The notes beneath the pieces are model-generated. The model did not search any database, was not told where the DNA came from, and was given only the letters and a program-made list of their open reading frames with translations. A stretch of DNA of 64,000 nucleotides from Bacillota bacterium (GTDB taxonomy: Bacteria > Pseudomonadota > Gammaproteobacteria > Natronospirales > REEB76): contig JBLNDO010000024.1 of assembly GCA_050261675.1 (NCBI GenBank), forward strand, positions 9,276 through 73,275. Reading direction: 5' to 3'. This document shows positions 25,495 to 34,962 of the stretch, piece after piece. Both the position numbers and the translations under genes were made by a program. How positions within the stretch are numbered: position 1 is the first letter of the stretch; every line of letters begins with the position of its first letter.

Positions 25495-26448
25495 ATGCGA
25501 CTCCTCATCGGCCTCGCCGCCGGATTGCTATTGAGTCTTGCTGGGGCGCCGGCCTTCGCTTGCGCGAGCTGCGGCTGCACGCTCAACACCGATCTCGGCA
25601 GCCAGGGGCCGGTGTCGGGGACCGGCTGGCGCATCGGCCTGCGCTACGACCTCATCGACCAGGACCAGTTGCGCAGTGGCGGCGACGCGGTCCCCATGCC
25701 CACCCTACCCGCGCCGGAGGAAGTGGAGCAGAAGACCCGGAGCACCATCACCACCCTCAACCTGGACTACGGCTTCAGCCGCGCCTGGGGCCTGGACGTG
25801 CAGATCCCCTGGCTCAACCGGCACCACAGCACCTTCGCCGAAGGCGACACGGCCCTTTCCACCTCCAGCGGCGACTCCCTGAGCGACGCGCGCGTGCTCG
25901 GGCGCTATTCGGGGTTCACGGCGGACCTGGACTGGGGCCTCCTGTTCGGCCTGAAACTGCCCACGGGTTCCCACGACACCGTTTTCGCCAGCGGGCCACA
26001 GGCCGGAGTGAAACTGGACCGCAGCCTGCAGCCCGGGAGCGGCACCACCAACGCTCTTCTCGGCGCCTACCACTTCGACGATTTCGGACCCATGAGCGGC
26101 TGGTTCCTGCAAGCGCTCTACGAGCACGCGCTCGACTCCAGCGACGGCTTCAAGCCGGCTGACAGCTTCAACCTGAACCTGGGGCTGCGCTACTACTGGC
26201 GCGACGACCTGACGCCGCAACTCCAGATCAACGCACAGGTTCGCGGTCACGATACGGATACCGACCCCTCGGGGGCTACGAACAGCGGCGGACGGCTCTT
26301 GTATCTCAGCCCCGGCTTCACCTTCACCCTCGGCGACCGTTGGCACGGCCACCTGTTCGTGCAGCTCCCGGTCTACCAGTACGTCTATGGCCTGCAGCTC
26401 ACGCCGCGCCGCATCTACTCCGCCGGCTTGAGCTACAGTTTCCGCTGA
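25495..26448 (+). CDS. Outer-membrane beta-barrel protein (MetA-pathway/transporter-like) with an N-terminal CxxCxC motif
   Basis: Signal peptide ...GAPAFA followed directly by CASCGC. Beta-strand pattern and C-terminal ...GLSYSF. Confidence 0.65.
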   Translation: MRLLIGLAAGLLLSLAGAPAFACASCGCTLNTDLGSQGPVSGTGWRIGLRYDLIDQDQLRSGGDAVPMPTLPAPEEVEQKTRSTITTLNLDYGFSRAWGLDVQIPWLNRHHSTFAEGDTALSTSSGDSLSDARVLGRYSGFTADLDWGLLFGLKLPTGSHDTVFASGPQAGVKLDRSLQPGSGTTNALLGAYHFDDFGPMSGWFLQALYEHALDSSDGFKPADSFNLNLGLRYYWRDDLTPQLQINAQVRGHDTDTDPSGATNSGGRLLYLSPGFTFTLGDRWHGHLFVQLPVYQYVYGLQLTPRRIYSAGLSYSFR

Positions 26449-26951
26449 TGTTCCGCCGCGCCGCACTCTGCCTCCTCGCCGCCAGCCTGTGGCTGCCAGC
26501 GGCGCTCGCCCTGGACACGGGCGATGCAACACCTGCCTTGACGGGCACGACGCTGGATGGCAAGGCTTTTGATCTGGCGGCGCTAAAAGGCAAGGTGGTG
26601 GTGGTGAACCTCTGGGCCACCTGGTGCGAGCCCTGCCGCGCCGAGATGCCCTTGCTGGATGCGTTCTACAGGAAACACCGGGATCAGGGCCTGGTGCTGC
26701 TGGGCCTGGACGAAAACGATCCCGAGGACGAGGCTGACGTACGCAAGGTGATGGCGGCATTCGGTTTCCCGGCGCTCATGGCCGAGAAAGCCTCCGACAA
26801 CGGCTTCCGGGCGCGGGTCGTGCCCGTCACCTATGTGATCGATGCCGCGGGCAAGGTGCACGCGAAGTTCTGGGCCGGCGGCACGCCGGTGACGGAAGAG
26901 AACCTGGAGAAAGCCGTGGCGCCGCTGCTTGCGGTAATGCCGCCGGGCTAG
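26448..26951 (+). CDS. TlpA-family periplasmic thiol:disulfide oxidoreductase
   Basis: Signal peptide and the WATWCEPC active site. Its start overlaps the upstream stop (TGATG). Confidence 0.85.
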   Translation: MFRRAALCLLAASLWLPAALALDTGDATPALTGTTLDGKAFDLAALKGKVVVVNLWATWCEPCRAEMPLLDAFYRKHRDQGLVLLGLDENDPEDEADVRKVMAAFGFPALMAEKASDNGFRARVVPVTYVIDAAGKVHAKFWAGGTPVTEENLEKAVAPLLAVMPPG

Positions 26952-27172
26952 CGGCAACACTCCGGCCGGCCATCCGCTTCCAGCTGCTTCGGCGGGCAGG
27001 GCACGGAACCGTAGGAACAATACACGCAGCAGTCCCCCTTCTTCGGCTTGTGCAGCGCGTGGCAGGCGCCGCACTCGTAGAGGTATTGGCAGGAATCCAC
27101 GGGCATGGTTTCGGTCTCCCGATACCTGCAAGCCGGACAAGTGAGGGTGGATTCGAGGATCAGGGCCGCCAT
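26948..27172 (-). CDS. GDCCVxC-domain cysteine-rich small protein
   Basis: CPAC ... CGAC ... GDCCVYCSYGSVPCPP ... CC: 12 Cys in about 75 aa, with the GDCCVxC signature. Its stop shares the palindrome CTAG with the TlpA stop. Confidence 0.75.
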   Translation of the reverse strand: MAALILESTLTCPACRYRETETMPVDSCQYLYECGACHALHKPKKGDCCVYCSYGSVPCPPKQLEADGRPECCR

Positions 27173-27174
27173 TA

Positions 27175-28119
27175 TCAATGCACTCCCGATGATTGCGCAT
27201 CCAGCGCAGCCCTGAAACCGCGCGCCAAGTCCGTGGCCGGACCCTCACCCCAGAAATGGGTGAAATAAACCACCGGTGTCTCGCCGATCATGTGGGTGTG
27301 CAGCGCCACCACGTGGATACCTGCTTTGCGTAAGGCGTGCAATACCGGCTGGACATCTCCCGCGTTCATGCTGAAATCGCCGTCCATGGAGGCGAGCCGG
27401 TCATCCCCTGTAAATGCCGCCCAGGTGGTGATTCCCATGCCGCCGCCCACCGGCATGCCACTCATGCTGGAATCGTGGCCCAGGGTGAACTTCACCACGC
27501 CGCCCGCCAGCGTGGGGGATTGGCCGACGATCTTCGCCAGCGCGGCATCGTCGAGATGGCCGGGTTTCGGCGCCTCGCCGGGGAACGCCGCCGCGGGCAC
27601 CGGGTGCTGCGCGCGCACGGCACGGATCGCGCCCCACACGGCCTTCACTCCCGCCGCCAGAGTCGCCGGGTCGCCCTCGCCCCCGATGTGCATGAAATAC
27701 ACGTGCGGTTCGTCATAGAAAAAGTGGTTATGGAGCGCCGTCACGTTCAAGCCGTGGGCGAAGGCTGCATCCATGGCCGCATCCACTTCGTCCTCGAACA
27801 CCACCGTGTCGCCCATCACCATGGCGCCCTTCGGCATGGGCATGAATGCCGCCCAGGAACCGAGCCCCGCCGCGGGCGGGAGCGGCATGCCGTCCACGCG
27901 CACCGCCACGTCGGTTCTGGCCCAGCCGATCTTGACCACGCCGCTCTTGTCCACCGTGGCCTGTTCGCCGCTCGCCTGCGAAATGACCTTGGGATCCAGG
28001 GCCGGCGCGCTGTCCGCCGCGTTCGCGGCGGAACACACAAACCCCCAGAACACCATCGAAAGCAATGCACGGATCGAGGCTCGTCTCACAATCAGTACTC
28101 CCGCGTGCCGATGGAGCAC
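27175..28119 (-). CDS. DUF1259 (LppY/LpqO-like) secreted protein, two internal repeats
   Basis: GWARTDVAVRVDGMPLPPAAGLGSWAAF...GDTVVFEDEV...ALHNHF, with a second similar half (...ALHTHMIGE). Confidence 0.75.
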   Translation of the reverse strand: MLHRHAGVLIVRRASIRALLSMVFWGFVCSAANAADSAPALDPKVISQASGEQATVDKSGVVKIGWARTDVAVRVDGMPLPPAAGLGSWAAFMPMPKGAMVMGDTVVFEDEVDAAMDAAFAHGLNVTALHNHFFYDEPHVYFMHIGGEGDPATLAAGVKAVWGAIRAVRAQHPVPAAAFPGEAPKPGHLDDAALAKIVGQSPTLAGGVVKFTLGHDSSMSGMPVGGGMGITTWAAFTGDDRLASMDGDFSMNAGDVQPVLHALRKAGIHVVALHTHMIGETPVVYFTHFWGEGPATDLARGFRAALDAQSSGVH

Positions 28120-28179
28120 GCTGCCGCTGGGCGATTCCTACATTAGACTCTAGTACAGTCCCGGCCGCAGGATGACGCC

Positions 28180-29340
28180 ATGTATTCCGTTAAACCCCTG
28201 CAATTGGCCGGATATTTCCTGCGCCTCGGCGCCACGGGATTCGGCGGCCCGGTGGCCCTCGCGAACCACATGCACCGGGACCTCGTGGAATCCCGCGGCT
28301 GGATCAGCGAGGCGGAATACGCTGACGGCCTCGCCCTCGCCACCGCCTGTCCCGGACCTCTCGCCTACCAGCTCGGTGTGTACTGCGGTTACGTGCGCTT
28401 CGGCGTTGCGGGCGCGCTCGCGGTGGCAGTGGCGTTCGCGCTGGCGCCGTTCCTGATCGTGAGCCTGATCGCGGCCTTGTACGTGCGCTTCACCGGCGCC
28501 TGGGAGCTGCGCGCGCTGTTCTACGGCATCGGCCCGGTGATCGTGGCGCTGATCCTGAAAGCCTGCTGGCAGCTTGGCAGGAAAACCCTGAAGCGGCGCT
28601 GGCCGGCCTGGGGCATGGCCGTGGTGGCCGCGGGGGTGACCGCGGCCCTGCAGCAGGAACTGGTGGGGCTCTTCATCGCGGCGGGTTTGTTGGGCGCGCT
28701 CGTGTTCTCCGCGCCCGGCGCCACGCCTGCGCCGCCCGCCAATCCGCCTGCCGCGCCCCGTTCGGCGGGACTCGCCGCGCTGGGACTAGCCGGCGCCGCC
28801 TCCCCCGCCTGGACGCTGTTCCTGTTCTTCTTCAAGACCGGGCTGCTGGTATTCGGCAGCGGCCTCGTGATCGCGCCCTTCCTCAAGGCCTACGTGGTGG
28901 ACCAGTACCACTGGCTCGACGACCGGCAGTTCATTGACGCCCTGGCTGTCGGCATGATCACGCCGGGACCGGTGGTGATCACCGCCACCTTCGTGGGTTA
29001 CCTCCTGGACGGCTTCGCGGGCGGCGCGGCCGCCACGGCGGGCATCTTCGCGCCGGCGTTGCTGTTCACCGCCGCCGCGGCGCCGCTGTTGCAGCGCTAC
29101 CGCGCCCATCCCCGCGTGCAGGGATTCGTGCAGGGCGTGGTGGCGGCGGTGGTGGGCGCACTCTTCGGCACCACGCTGCTCGTGGCCACGGCGGCGATCC
29201 GCGATTGGCCGTCCGCCGCCATCGGCCTCGCGGCGCTCGTCGCCGTGTGGCGGCTGCCGAAACTGCCGGACGCGGTGCTGGTGCTGTCCGGCGCGGCGCT
29301 GGGACTGGCCCTTTTCCGCTGGCTACAGCCCGCTTTCTAG
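28180..29340 (+). CDS. chrA: Chromate transporter (CHR family)
   Basis: FLRLGATGFGGPVALANHMHRDLVESRGWISEAEYADGLALATACPGP, and a second CHR half (FFFKTGLLVFGSGLVIAPFL). Confidence 0.85.
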   Translation: MYSVKPLQLAGYFLRLGATGFGGPVALANHMHRDLVESRGWISEAEYADGLALATACPGPLAYQLGVYCGYVRFGVAGALAVAVAFALAPFLIVSLIAALYVRFTGAWELRALFYGIGPVIVALILKACWQLGRKTLKRRWPAWGMAVVAAGVTAALQQELVGLFIAAGLLGALVFSAPGATPAPPANPPAAPRSAGLAALGLAGAASPAWTLFLFFFKTGLLVFGSGLVIAPFLKAYVVDQYHWLDDRQFIDALAVGMITPGPVVITATFVGYLLDGFAGGAAATAGIFAPALLFTAAAAPLLQRYRAHPRVQGFVQGVVAAVVGALFGTTLLVATAAIRDWPSAAIGLAALVAVWRLPKLPDAVLVLSGAALGLALFRWLQPAF

Positions 29341-29397
29341 GCCGCGGGGTCAGGCCCGCCCTGCCGGGTTAAAATTTCCCCAGATGGGGTATCCGGC

Positions 29398-31452
29398 ATG
29401 GCCGTAGAAGCCAATTTCAACGAGCGCCACCTGCGGGTGCTGAACGAGATCGCCCGCATCGCGAGCGGCGACCTGGAACTGCGCCCGATGCTGGCGAAAG
29501 TCACCGAGGCGCTCTACTGGCATTTCGGCTGGGAGTTCATCGCCTTCGCCAGCGTGGACCGTGCGCGCGGCCGCTTCGTCTGCGAGGCGGTGCGCTCGGA
29601 GATCCCCACCCAGGTGACGCCCGGCTTCACCCGCCCGCTGGACAGCGGCATCGTGGGGGAGGTGGCCTTGAGCGGCAAGGCCGCGGTCTACGACGACGTG
29701 CGCAAGGCGCCCAAGTACGAGGAGACCACGCCGGGCGTACGCGCCCAGGTGTGCGTGCCGGTGCGGCACCGCGGCGAGGTGATCGCGATCCTGAACGTGG
29801 AGAGCAGCCGCTCCGGCGAATTCAGCGACCAGCTCGGCGTGCTCGAGACCGTCGCCGAGCAGGTGGCGGGGCCGATCGAGAACGCACAGCTCTACGAGAC
29901 GCTCATGGAGCACGCGGTGCTCAACGAGGTGATGAGCGAGGTGTCGCGCATCGCGCTCGAGCCGCTCACCCAGGACGAACTGTTGCAGCAGATCGTGGAC
30001 TACATCAATACGCACTTCCCGCGCTGTGTGCCGAGCATCCTGCTCCTGGACGGCTCCCGCAAGCGCTTCATGCTGGAAGTGTTCGCCACGGGCGCGCCGC
30101 GGGCGGCGCCGCCCGGCGACTGGAGCGTGGACGCCGGCATCTGCGGCCGCGCCGTCAGCACCGGCGTGGCGCAGTACGTGGAGAACGTGTCGGCCGAGCC
30201 CGGTTACCTGCCGCGCCTGCCGGGCATGCGCGCCGAGTGCGCCGTGCCCATCCGCCACCGCGGGCGGGTGCTCGGGGTGCTGAACCTGGAAACCCCGAAC
30301 CCCCAGGGTTTCACCCCGCACGCCCGCCAGGTGTTCACCAGCATCGGCGAGCAGATCGCCGGCGCCATCGAGGGCGCCCGGCTGGACGCCGTCCTGCATG
30401 AGCACAGCCGGGTGATGGAGACCCTCAACCGTGTCTCGCGCCTCGCGACTCAGAGCGAGGACCTGCACACGCTGCTACGGAAGATCACGGATTACCTCGC
30501 GGCGGAGCTCAAGGTGGCCGCCGCCAGCGTGCTGGTGCTAGACGAGAGCGGGCGCAAATTCGTGATTGAGACCATGTCGGGGGACCTGATGCTGGGGATA
30601 CCCGGCGGCGGCGAATGGCTCGTGAGCATCGGCGTCTGCGGCCGCTGCGCCCGCACCGGCGAGACACAGCTGGTGTTCGCCGATTCCGGCGACCCGGACT
30701 ACGTGCCGGGCCACCCGGAGGTGAAGTCGGAATACGTGGTGCCCATCCGCTACCACGACCGGACGCTGGGGGTGCTGAACCTGGAGAGCAAGGCCCGCGA
30801 CAGTTTCACGCCCCAGGTGCGCAGCCTGTGCAACGCCGTGGCCGACCAGGTGGCAGGCGCCATCCACATCGCCATCGTCAACCGCCAGCTGGCGGAGGCC
30901 AACGACAAGCTGAAGCGCGCGAATCTGGAGCTGCATCGCATCTCCTCCTACGACGCGCTCACCGGCGTGCCCAACCGCCGGCGCTTCGACGAGGTGCTGG
31001 CCCACGAGTGGCGCTGGGCGCAGCGCACCGGCCATCCGCTGACGCTCCTGCTCGCGGACCTGGACCACTTCAAGGCGCTCAACGACTGCCACGGCCACCT
31101 GCGCGGCGACGAGTGCCTGAAGCTCGTGGCCCAGGCGCTGGCGGACGGTCTGATGCGGCCGGCGGACTTCGTGGCGCGCTACGGCGGCGAGGAGTTCGCG
31201 CTGGTGCTGCCGGATCTCGACGCTGCCGCGGCGCGCGGCTACGCGGAATCCCTGCGCACCCGCGTGGAAACGCTCGGGATTTCGCACGGCAACTCGCCGG
31301 TGTCGGCACACGTGACCTTGAGCATCGGCGTCGCCACGCTGATTCCCGAGCGGAGCCAGCTCTCCTCGGAGCTGGTGGCGGCAGCGGACGCGGCGCTCTA
31401 TGCCGCGAAGAATGCAGGCCGGAACCGGGTTATCGCGCACTCCGCCGCATAA
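29398..31452 (+). CDS. Multi-GAF sensor diguanylate cyclase (GAF x3-4 + GGDEF)
   Basis: Repeated GAF-like modules (..VPVRHRGEVIAILNVES.., ..VPIRHRGRVLGVLNLET.., ..VPIRYHDRTLGVLNLES..). C-terminal DALTGVPNRRRF ... RYGGEEFALVL. Confidence 0.85.
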   Translation: MAVEANFNERHLRVLNEIARIASGDLELRPMLAKVTEALYWHFGWEFIAFASVDRARGRFVCEAVRSEIPTQVTPGFTRPLDSGIVGEVALSGKAAVYDDVRKAPKYEETTPGVRAQVCVPVRHRGEVIAILNVESSRSGEFSDQLGVLETVAEQVAGPIENAQLYETLMEHAVLNEVMSEVSRIALEPLTQDELLQQIVDYINTHFPRCVPSILLLDGSRKRFMLEVFATGAPRAAPPGDWSVDAGICGRAVSTGVAQYVENVSAEPGYLPRLPGMRAECAVPIRHRGRVLGVLNLETPNPQGFTPHARQVFTSIGEQIAGAIEGARLDAVLHEHSRVMETLNRVSRLATQSEDLHTLLRKITDYLAAELKVAAASVLVLDESGRKFVIETMSGDLMLGIPGGGEWLVSIGVCGRCARTGETQLVFADSGDPDYVPGHPEVKSEYVVPIRYHDRTLGVLNLESKARDSFTPQVRSLCNAVADQVAGAIHIAIVNRQLAEANDKLKRANLELHRISSYDALTGVPNRRRFDEVLAHEWRWAQRTGHPLTLLLADLDHFKALNDCHGHLRGDECLKLVAQALADGLMRPADFVARYGGEEFALVLPDLDAAAARGYAESLRTRVETLGISHGNSPVSAHVTLSIGVATLIPERSQLSSELVAAADAALYAAKNAGRNRVIAHSAA

Positions 31453-31458
31453 CGGCGG

Positions 31459-32274
31459 TTACTGGTGCGAGAGATAGGCGCTGGGGGCCCGACCAAAGTA
31501 GCCGCGAAAGGCGTGGGTGAAGTGGCTGTGGCTGCTGAAGCCGAGGTCGAAGGCCAGATCCGTGAGCCGCTCCCGGTATTCCGGCAGCTTCTCCAGGGCC
31601 GTGACGAGGCGCAGGCGCATCAGGTGCTGGTGCAGGCTGCCGCCGGTGGCCTGGCGGAAGGCGCGGCAGAGGCGGAAGGGCGAAACATCCAGTTGCTTCG
31701 CGATCGCTTCGAGAGTCACCCGCTCGGCGAAGGATTCCGCGATCAGGAGCTGGGCCTCGGAAGCGAGCGCCGCGGCGCGGTTCGCGGCGGCACCCTTCGG
31801 GCTCGGCGCATCCCCGCCTTCCGTGCAGAGCTGCAGCAGGCGCAGCGCCGTCTCCTCCACCATCACGCCGTCGCCGAGCTTGGCCGCGAGCAGCAGTTCC
31901 CGGTGCATGAGGTGCATCTCGCCGCTGCCGGAGAGCGTGGACTTGTCGAAGACGCGCTCCGGCTGGCCGCGCCGCGCGCGCTGGGCCTCGCGCAGGGTGG
32001 CCGGCGCGAAGGCGAGCGAGGTGCACCGGTCGCCGCCCGGCAAGGGGTGGTCCACCACGTAGGGATCGGTGGGATCGAAGAACACCACGCGGGTGGCGTC
32101 CGCCACGTGCCGGCCCAGCCGGTCGCGGCGCACGAAGCTGCCGCTGCGCACCAGGGCGATGGCCGCCACCGGGCAATGCTCCTCGTGGCGGCCCAGGCCG
32201 CAGCCTTCGGTGCAGTGCACGTCGGTGACGGTCACCAGCGGGCTGGAATAGAGGGTGTGGTAATTCCGGGACAT
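31459..32274 (-). CDS. AraC-family transcriptional regulator
   Basis: C-terminal double helix-turn-helix: VTLEAIAKQLDVSPFRLCRAFRQATG...LTDLAFDLGFSSHSHFTHAFRGYFG. Confidence 0.85.
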   Translation of the reverse strand: MSRNYHTLYSSPLVTVTDVHCTEGCGLGRHEEHCPVAAIALVRSGSFVRRDRLGRHVADATRVVFFDPTDPYVVDHPLPGGDRCTSLAFAPATLREAQRARRGQPERVFDKSTLSGSGEMHLMHRELLLAAKLGDGVMVEETALRLLQLCTEGGDAPSPKGAAANRAAALASEAQLLIAESFAERVTLEAIAKQLDVSPFRLCRAFRQATGGSLHQHLMRLRLVTALEKLPEYRERLTDLAFDLGFSSHSHFTHAFRGYFGRAPSAYLSHQ

Positions 32275-32412
32275 GCCTGAATTTTATACCTCTCGCACGG
32301 TGTCACTGTCGGATTCTTGCGCCCTGTTTAGACACGGAAATCCGCAGATTCATGACAGCGCGGGCCCTGGGATTGGAGTCCAATGGCTGCACCTACCCCA
32401 TAGGAGAAGACC

Positions 32413-32778
32413 ATGTTGGACCATGTTTCATTGAGCGTCAGCGACGCGGCGAAAGCCCAAACGTTCTACAGCAAGGCGCTCGCGCCCCTGGGCTACAAGC
32501 TTGTCTCGGAATACGAGGGCGGCTTCGGCATCGGCCTCGACGGCGGCTCGACCATTTGGGCCGGACAGGGTCCGGCCCAGAAGCCCATCGCCCACCTCGC
32601 CTTCCGCGCCAAGGACCGCAAGCAAGTGGACGCTTTCCACAAGGCGGCCCTCGCCGCTGGCGGCAAGGACAACGGCAAGCCGGGACTGCGGGAAAACTAC
32701 TCGCCGACGTATTACGCGGCGTTTGTGCTCGACCCGGATGGCAACAATGTCGAGGCCGTCTGCCACAATCCCGCGTAA
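32413..32778 (+). CDS. VOC-family (glyoxalase/bleomycin-resistance/dioxygenase) protein
   Basis: MLDHVSLSVSDAAKAQTFYSKALAPLGY ... HLAFRA ... YYAAFVLDPDGNNVEAV. Confidence 0.85.
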   Translation: MLDHVSLSVSDAAKAQTFYSKALAPLGYKLVSEYEGGFGIGLDGGSTIWAGQGPAQKPIAHLAFRAKDRKQVDAFHKAALAAGGKDNGKPGLRENYSPTYYAAFVLDPDGNNVEAVCHNPA

Positions 32779-32902
32779 AAGCTGCTGCGCTCGGCAGGGC
32801 GTCGTTGCGCTTCGGTCTCGCAATGCTCACGTACACCAAAAGTACGCTCCGCTTGCTCGCCTCGCGCGCCTAGCCCCTCCTTCGCTCGCGACGCTTTAAC
32901 GC
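32773..32902 (+). repeat. ~130-bp repeat with terminal inverted repeats, copy A
   Basis: Begins GCGTAAAAGC and ends GCTTTAACGC. It aligns over its full length with the reverse complement of 34963-35094. It contains the TAA stop of the VOC gene (32776-32778). Confidence 0.7.
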
Positions 32903-32926
32903 GAGATTGCATCAATATGTTGATAT

Positions 32927-32963
32927 GAAAATAAAAAAAGCGGCGGGGTCATCCCGCCGCTTT
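32927..32963 (-). terminator. Rho-independent terminator (minus-strand orientation)
   Basis: agcggcggg-gtcat-cccgccgct is a perfect stem. On the minus strand it is followed by TTTTTTTATTTT. No intact minus-strand gene now lies upstream of it, because IS30 sits there. Confidence 0.55.
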
Positions 32964-32993
32964 AGCTTGTCATTCTCAATGGCCGCTTACGAC

Positions 32994-34223
32994 TGCGGAT
33001 TCAACTGATCGATGCAACACAGTAGATTCTGCGCGAGCAGAGGGAGGTGTTGCAAATGAAGTACCGAACCCGGATCTATTACACGGAAACCCAAAAGGCT
33101 TTGATGTGGGAGCGCTGGCAGCGAGGGGACTCCCTGCACCGCATAGCCCAGCTGTTTGACCGGTCACACGGTCCCATCCAACGTATCCTGGCGGAGGCCG
33201 GCGGCATCCGTCCCCGTCCACGCCGGCGTTCACGATTGGCGTTAAGCTTGGCGGAGCGTGAGGAGATATCCCGGGCCGTGGCGAAGGGACGTTCGCTGCG
33301 GTGGATCGCACACTCCCTGGGACGGTCACCCTCGACGGTCTGCCGTGAGCTCAAACGCAATGGAGGCCAGCGGTGTTACCGGGCAGGCCAGGCTGATGAG
33401 GCGGCTTGGGCACGAGCGCGGCGTCCCAAGACCTGTAAGCTCGCTGAGAATCGGACTTTGGCGCGGCTCGTGGCGGACAAGCTGCAGCGGGCCTGGTCCC
33501 CGGAGCAGATCGCCGGCTGGTTGAAGCGCACCTCTCCCCAGGATGAGAACCACCAGGTGTCACACGAGACCATCTATAGAAGCCTCTTCATCCAGGCCCG
33601 TGGGGCCCTGAAGAAAGAGCTGCTTCAGCACCTGCGCCGTAGCCGCGCCATGCGCCGATCCCGCCATCACACGCAGAAGACCCCTGATCATGGCCAGATC
33701 CTGGACACCGTGTCGATCCGGGAACGCCCGGCCACGGCCGAGGACCGTGCGGTACCTGGGCACTGGGAAGGTGATCTGCTGTTCGGCAACAAGAACAGCC
33801 AGATCGCGACGCTGGTCGAGCGTAAGACCCGCTACGTCATGCTGGTGAAGGTCGACGGCAAAGACACTGAGACCGTCGTCGATGCGCTCATCCAGCATGC
33901 CCACAAGCTGCCCAGGGAGCTCTATAAGTCCTTGACCTGGGACCGTGGCAAGGAGATGGCCGACCACAAACGCTTCACCCTGGCGACGGACGTCAAAGTC
34001 TACTTCTGTGATCCGCAAAACCCCTGGCAGCGCGGAAGTAACGAGAACACCAATGGCCTGCTGAGGCAGTACTTCCCCAAGGGCACTGACCTCTCGCTAC
34101 ACTCACAGACCAAGCTGAATGCGATAGCCAGGCAACTCAACGAGCGACCGAGGAAGACGTTAAACTACCAAACGCCGGCTGAACGATTTGGCCAATGCGT
34201 TGCGTCGACCAATTGAATCCGCA
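32994..34223 (+). mobile_element. IS30-family insertion sequence (1230 bp)
   Basis: 25-bp imperfect terminal inverted repeats: TGCGGATTCAACTGATCGATGCAAC (32994-33018) versus the reverse complement of 34199-34223 (22/25 match). Single transposase ORF ending inside the right inverted repeat. Flanking AC/AC is a possible 2-bp target duplication. Confidence 0.85.
33047..34216 (+). CDS. IS30-family transposase (DDE)
   Basis: N-terminal helix-turn-helix (LSLAEREEISRAVAKGRSLRWIAHSLGRSPSTVCRELKRN). The catalytic region contains HWEGDL, LTWDRGKEM and NENTNGLLRQYFPKG. Confidence 0.9.
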   Translation: MLQMKYRTRIYYTETQKALMWERWQRGDSLHRIAQLFDRSHGPIQRILAEAGGIRPRPRRRSRLALSLAEREEISRAVAKGRSLRWIAHSLGRSPSTVCRELKRNGGQRCYRAGQADEAAWARARRPKTCKLAENRTLARLVADKLQRAWSPEQIAGWLKRTSPQDENHQVSHETIYRSLFIQARGALKKELLQHLRRSRAMRRSRHHTQKTPDHGQILDTVSIRERPATAEDRAVPGHWEGDLLFGNKNSQIATLVERKTRYVMLVKVDGKDTETVVDALIQHAHKLPRELYKSLTWDRGKEMADHKRFTLATDVKVYFCDPQNPWQRGSNENTNGLLRQYFPKGTDLSLHSQTKLNAIARQLNERPRKTLNYQTPAERFGQCVASTN

Positions 34224-34404
34224 ACCCCCTGGCTGCACTTCAGATCAGGCACTGAATTACGTCGCCTGGATGTTCACCCATTCAGGGACTGGAGTGATAT
34301 TTGTAATGTTGTAATCCTGACAGCCGCAAATACATCTATTGGACCTGGCTTGTTAGCATGCTATCTACCGCTCGATCCTCAAGCGTCCGACCGGGGAATG
34401 GCAT

Positions 34405-34890
34405 ATGAACGAATGGATCTTCTGGGCGCCAGTTGCCTGCGCAGCACTGCACATGCTTGAAGAGTTCGCTTGGCCCGGTGGATTCGCCGCCTGGTTTCGC
34501 ATCTACCGCCCAGAAACGGCAGTGAGTTTCACGCGTACATTTGCCGTGCTTGTCAACACTACGCTGATGGTGGTTACCCTCTTTGTAGGCTGGGTCGGTC
34601 CACGATGGGATGGCGGAATCTCAGCATTTCTGACCCTGGTCTCCGTTCTTGCATTTAATGGATTATTCCATGTTGTCGGTGCACTCCGAACCCACCGATA
34701 CTCCCCGGGTATGGTTACGGGAATGCTCCTCTACATTCCCCTATGCGCTTATAGTTCCTGGTATTTCATACGCGTCGTAAAGGTGAGTCCGCAGCTTGTT
34801 ATTGTGTCGCTTGCTATTGGCTCCATATATCAGATCTGGTCGTTCATGACTCACCGCGCACGAGCAGTTCGTGCGTCTGCATTACGATGA
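34405..34890 (+). CDS. HXXEE-domain membrane protein
   Basis: AALHMLEEFAWPGGF (HxxEE motif) plus four hydrophobic helices. GC content is clearly lower than in flanking genes. Confidence 0.75.
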   Translation: MNEWIFWAPVACAALHMLEEFAWPGGFAAWFRIYRPETAVSFTRTFAVLVNTTLMVVTLFVGWVGPRWDGGISAFLTLVSVLAFNGLFHVVGALRTHRYSPGMVTGMLLYIPLCAYSSWYFIRVVKVSPQLVIVSLAIGSIYQIWSFMTHRARAVRASALR

Positions 34891-34962
34891 GAGCAATTCT
34901 TGACAATGTCTGCTTCTGGCTGCGGACACTCTTACGTTCGTAATTCCAACACCAGCCTTCCT

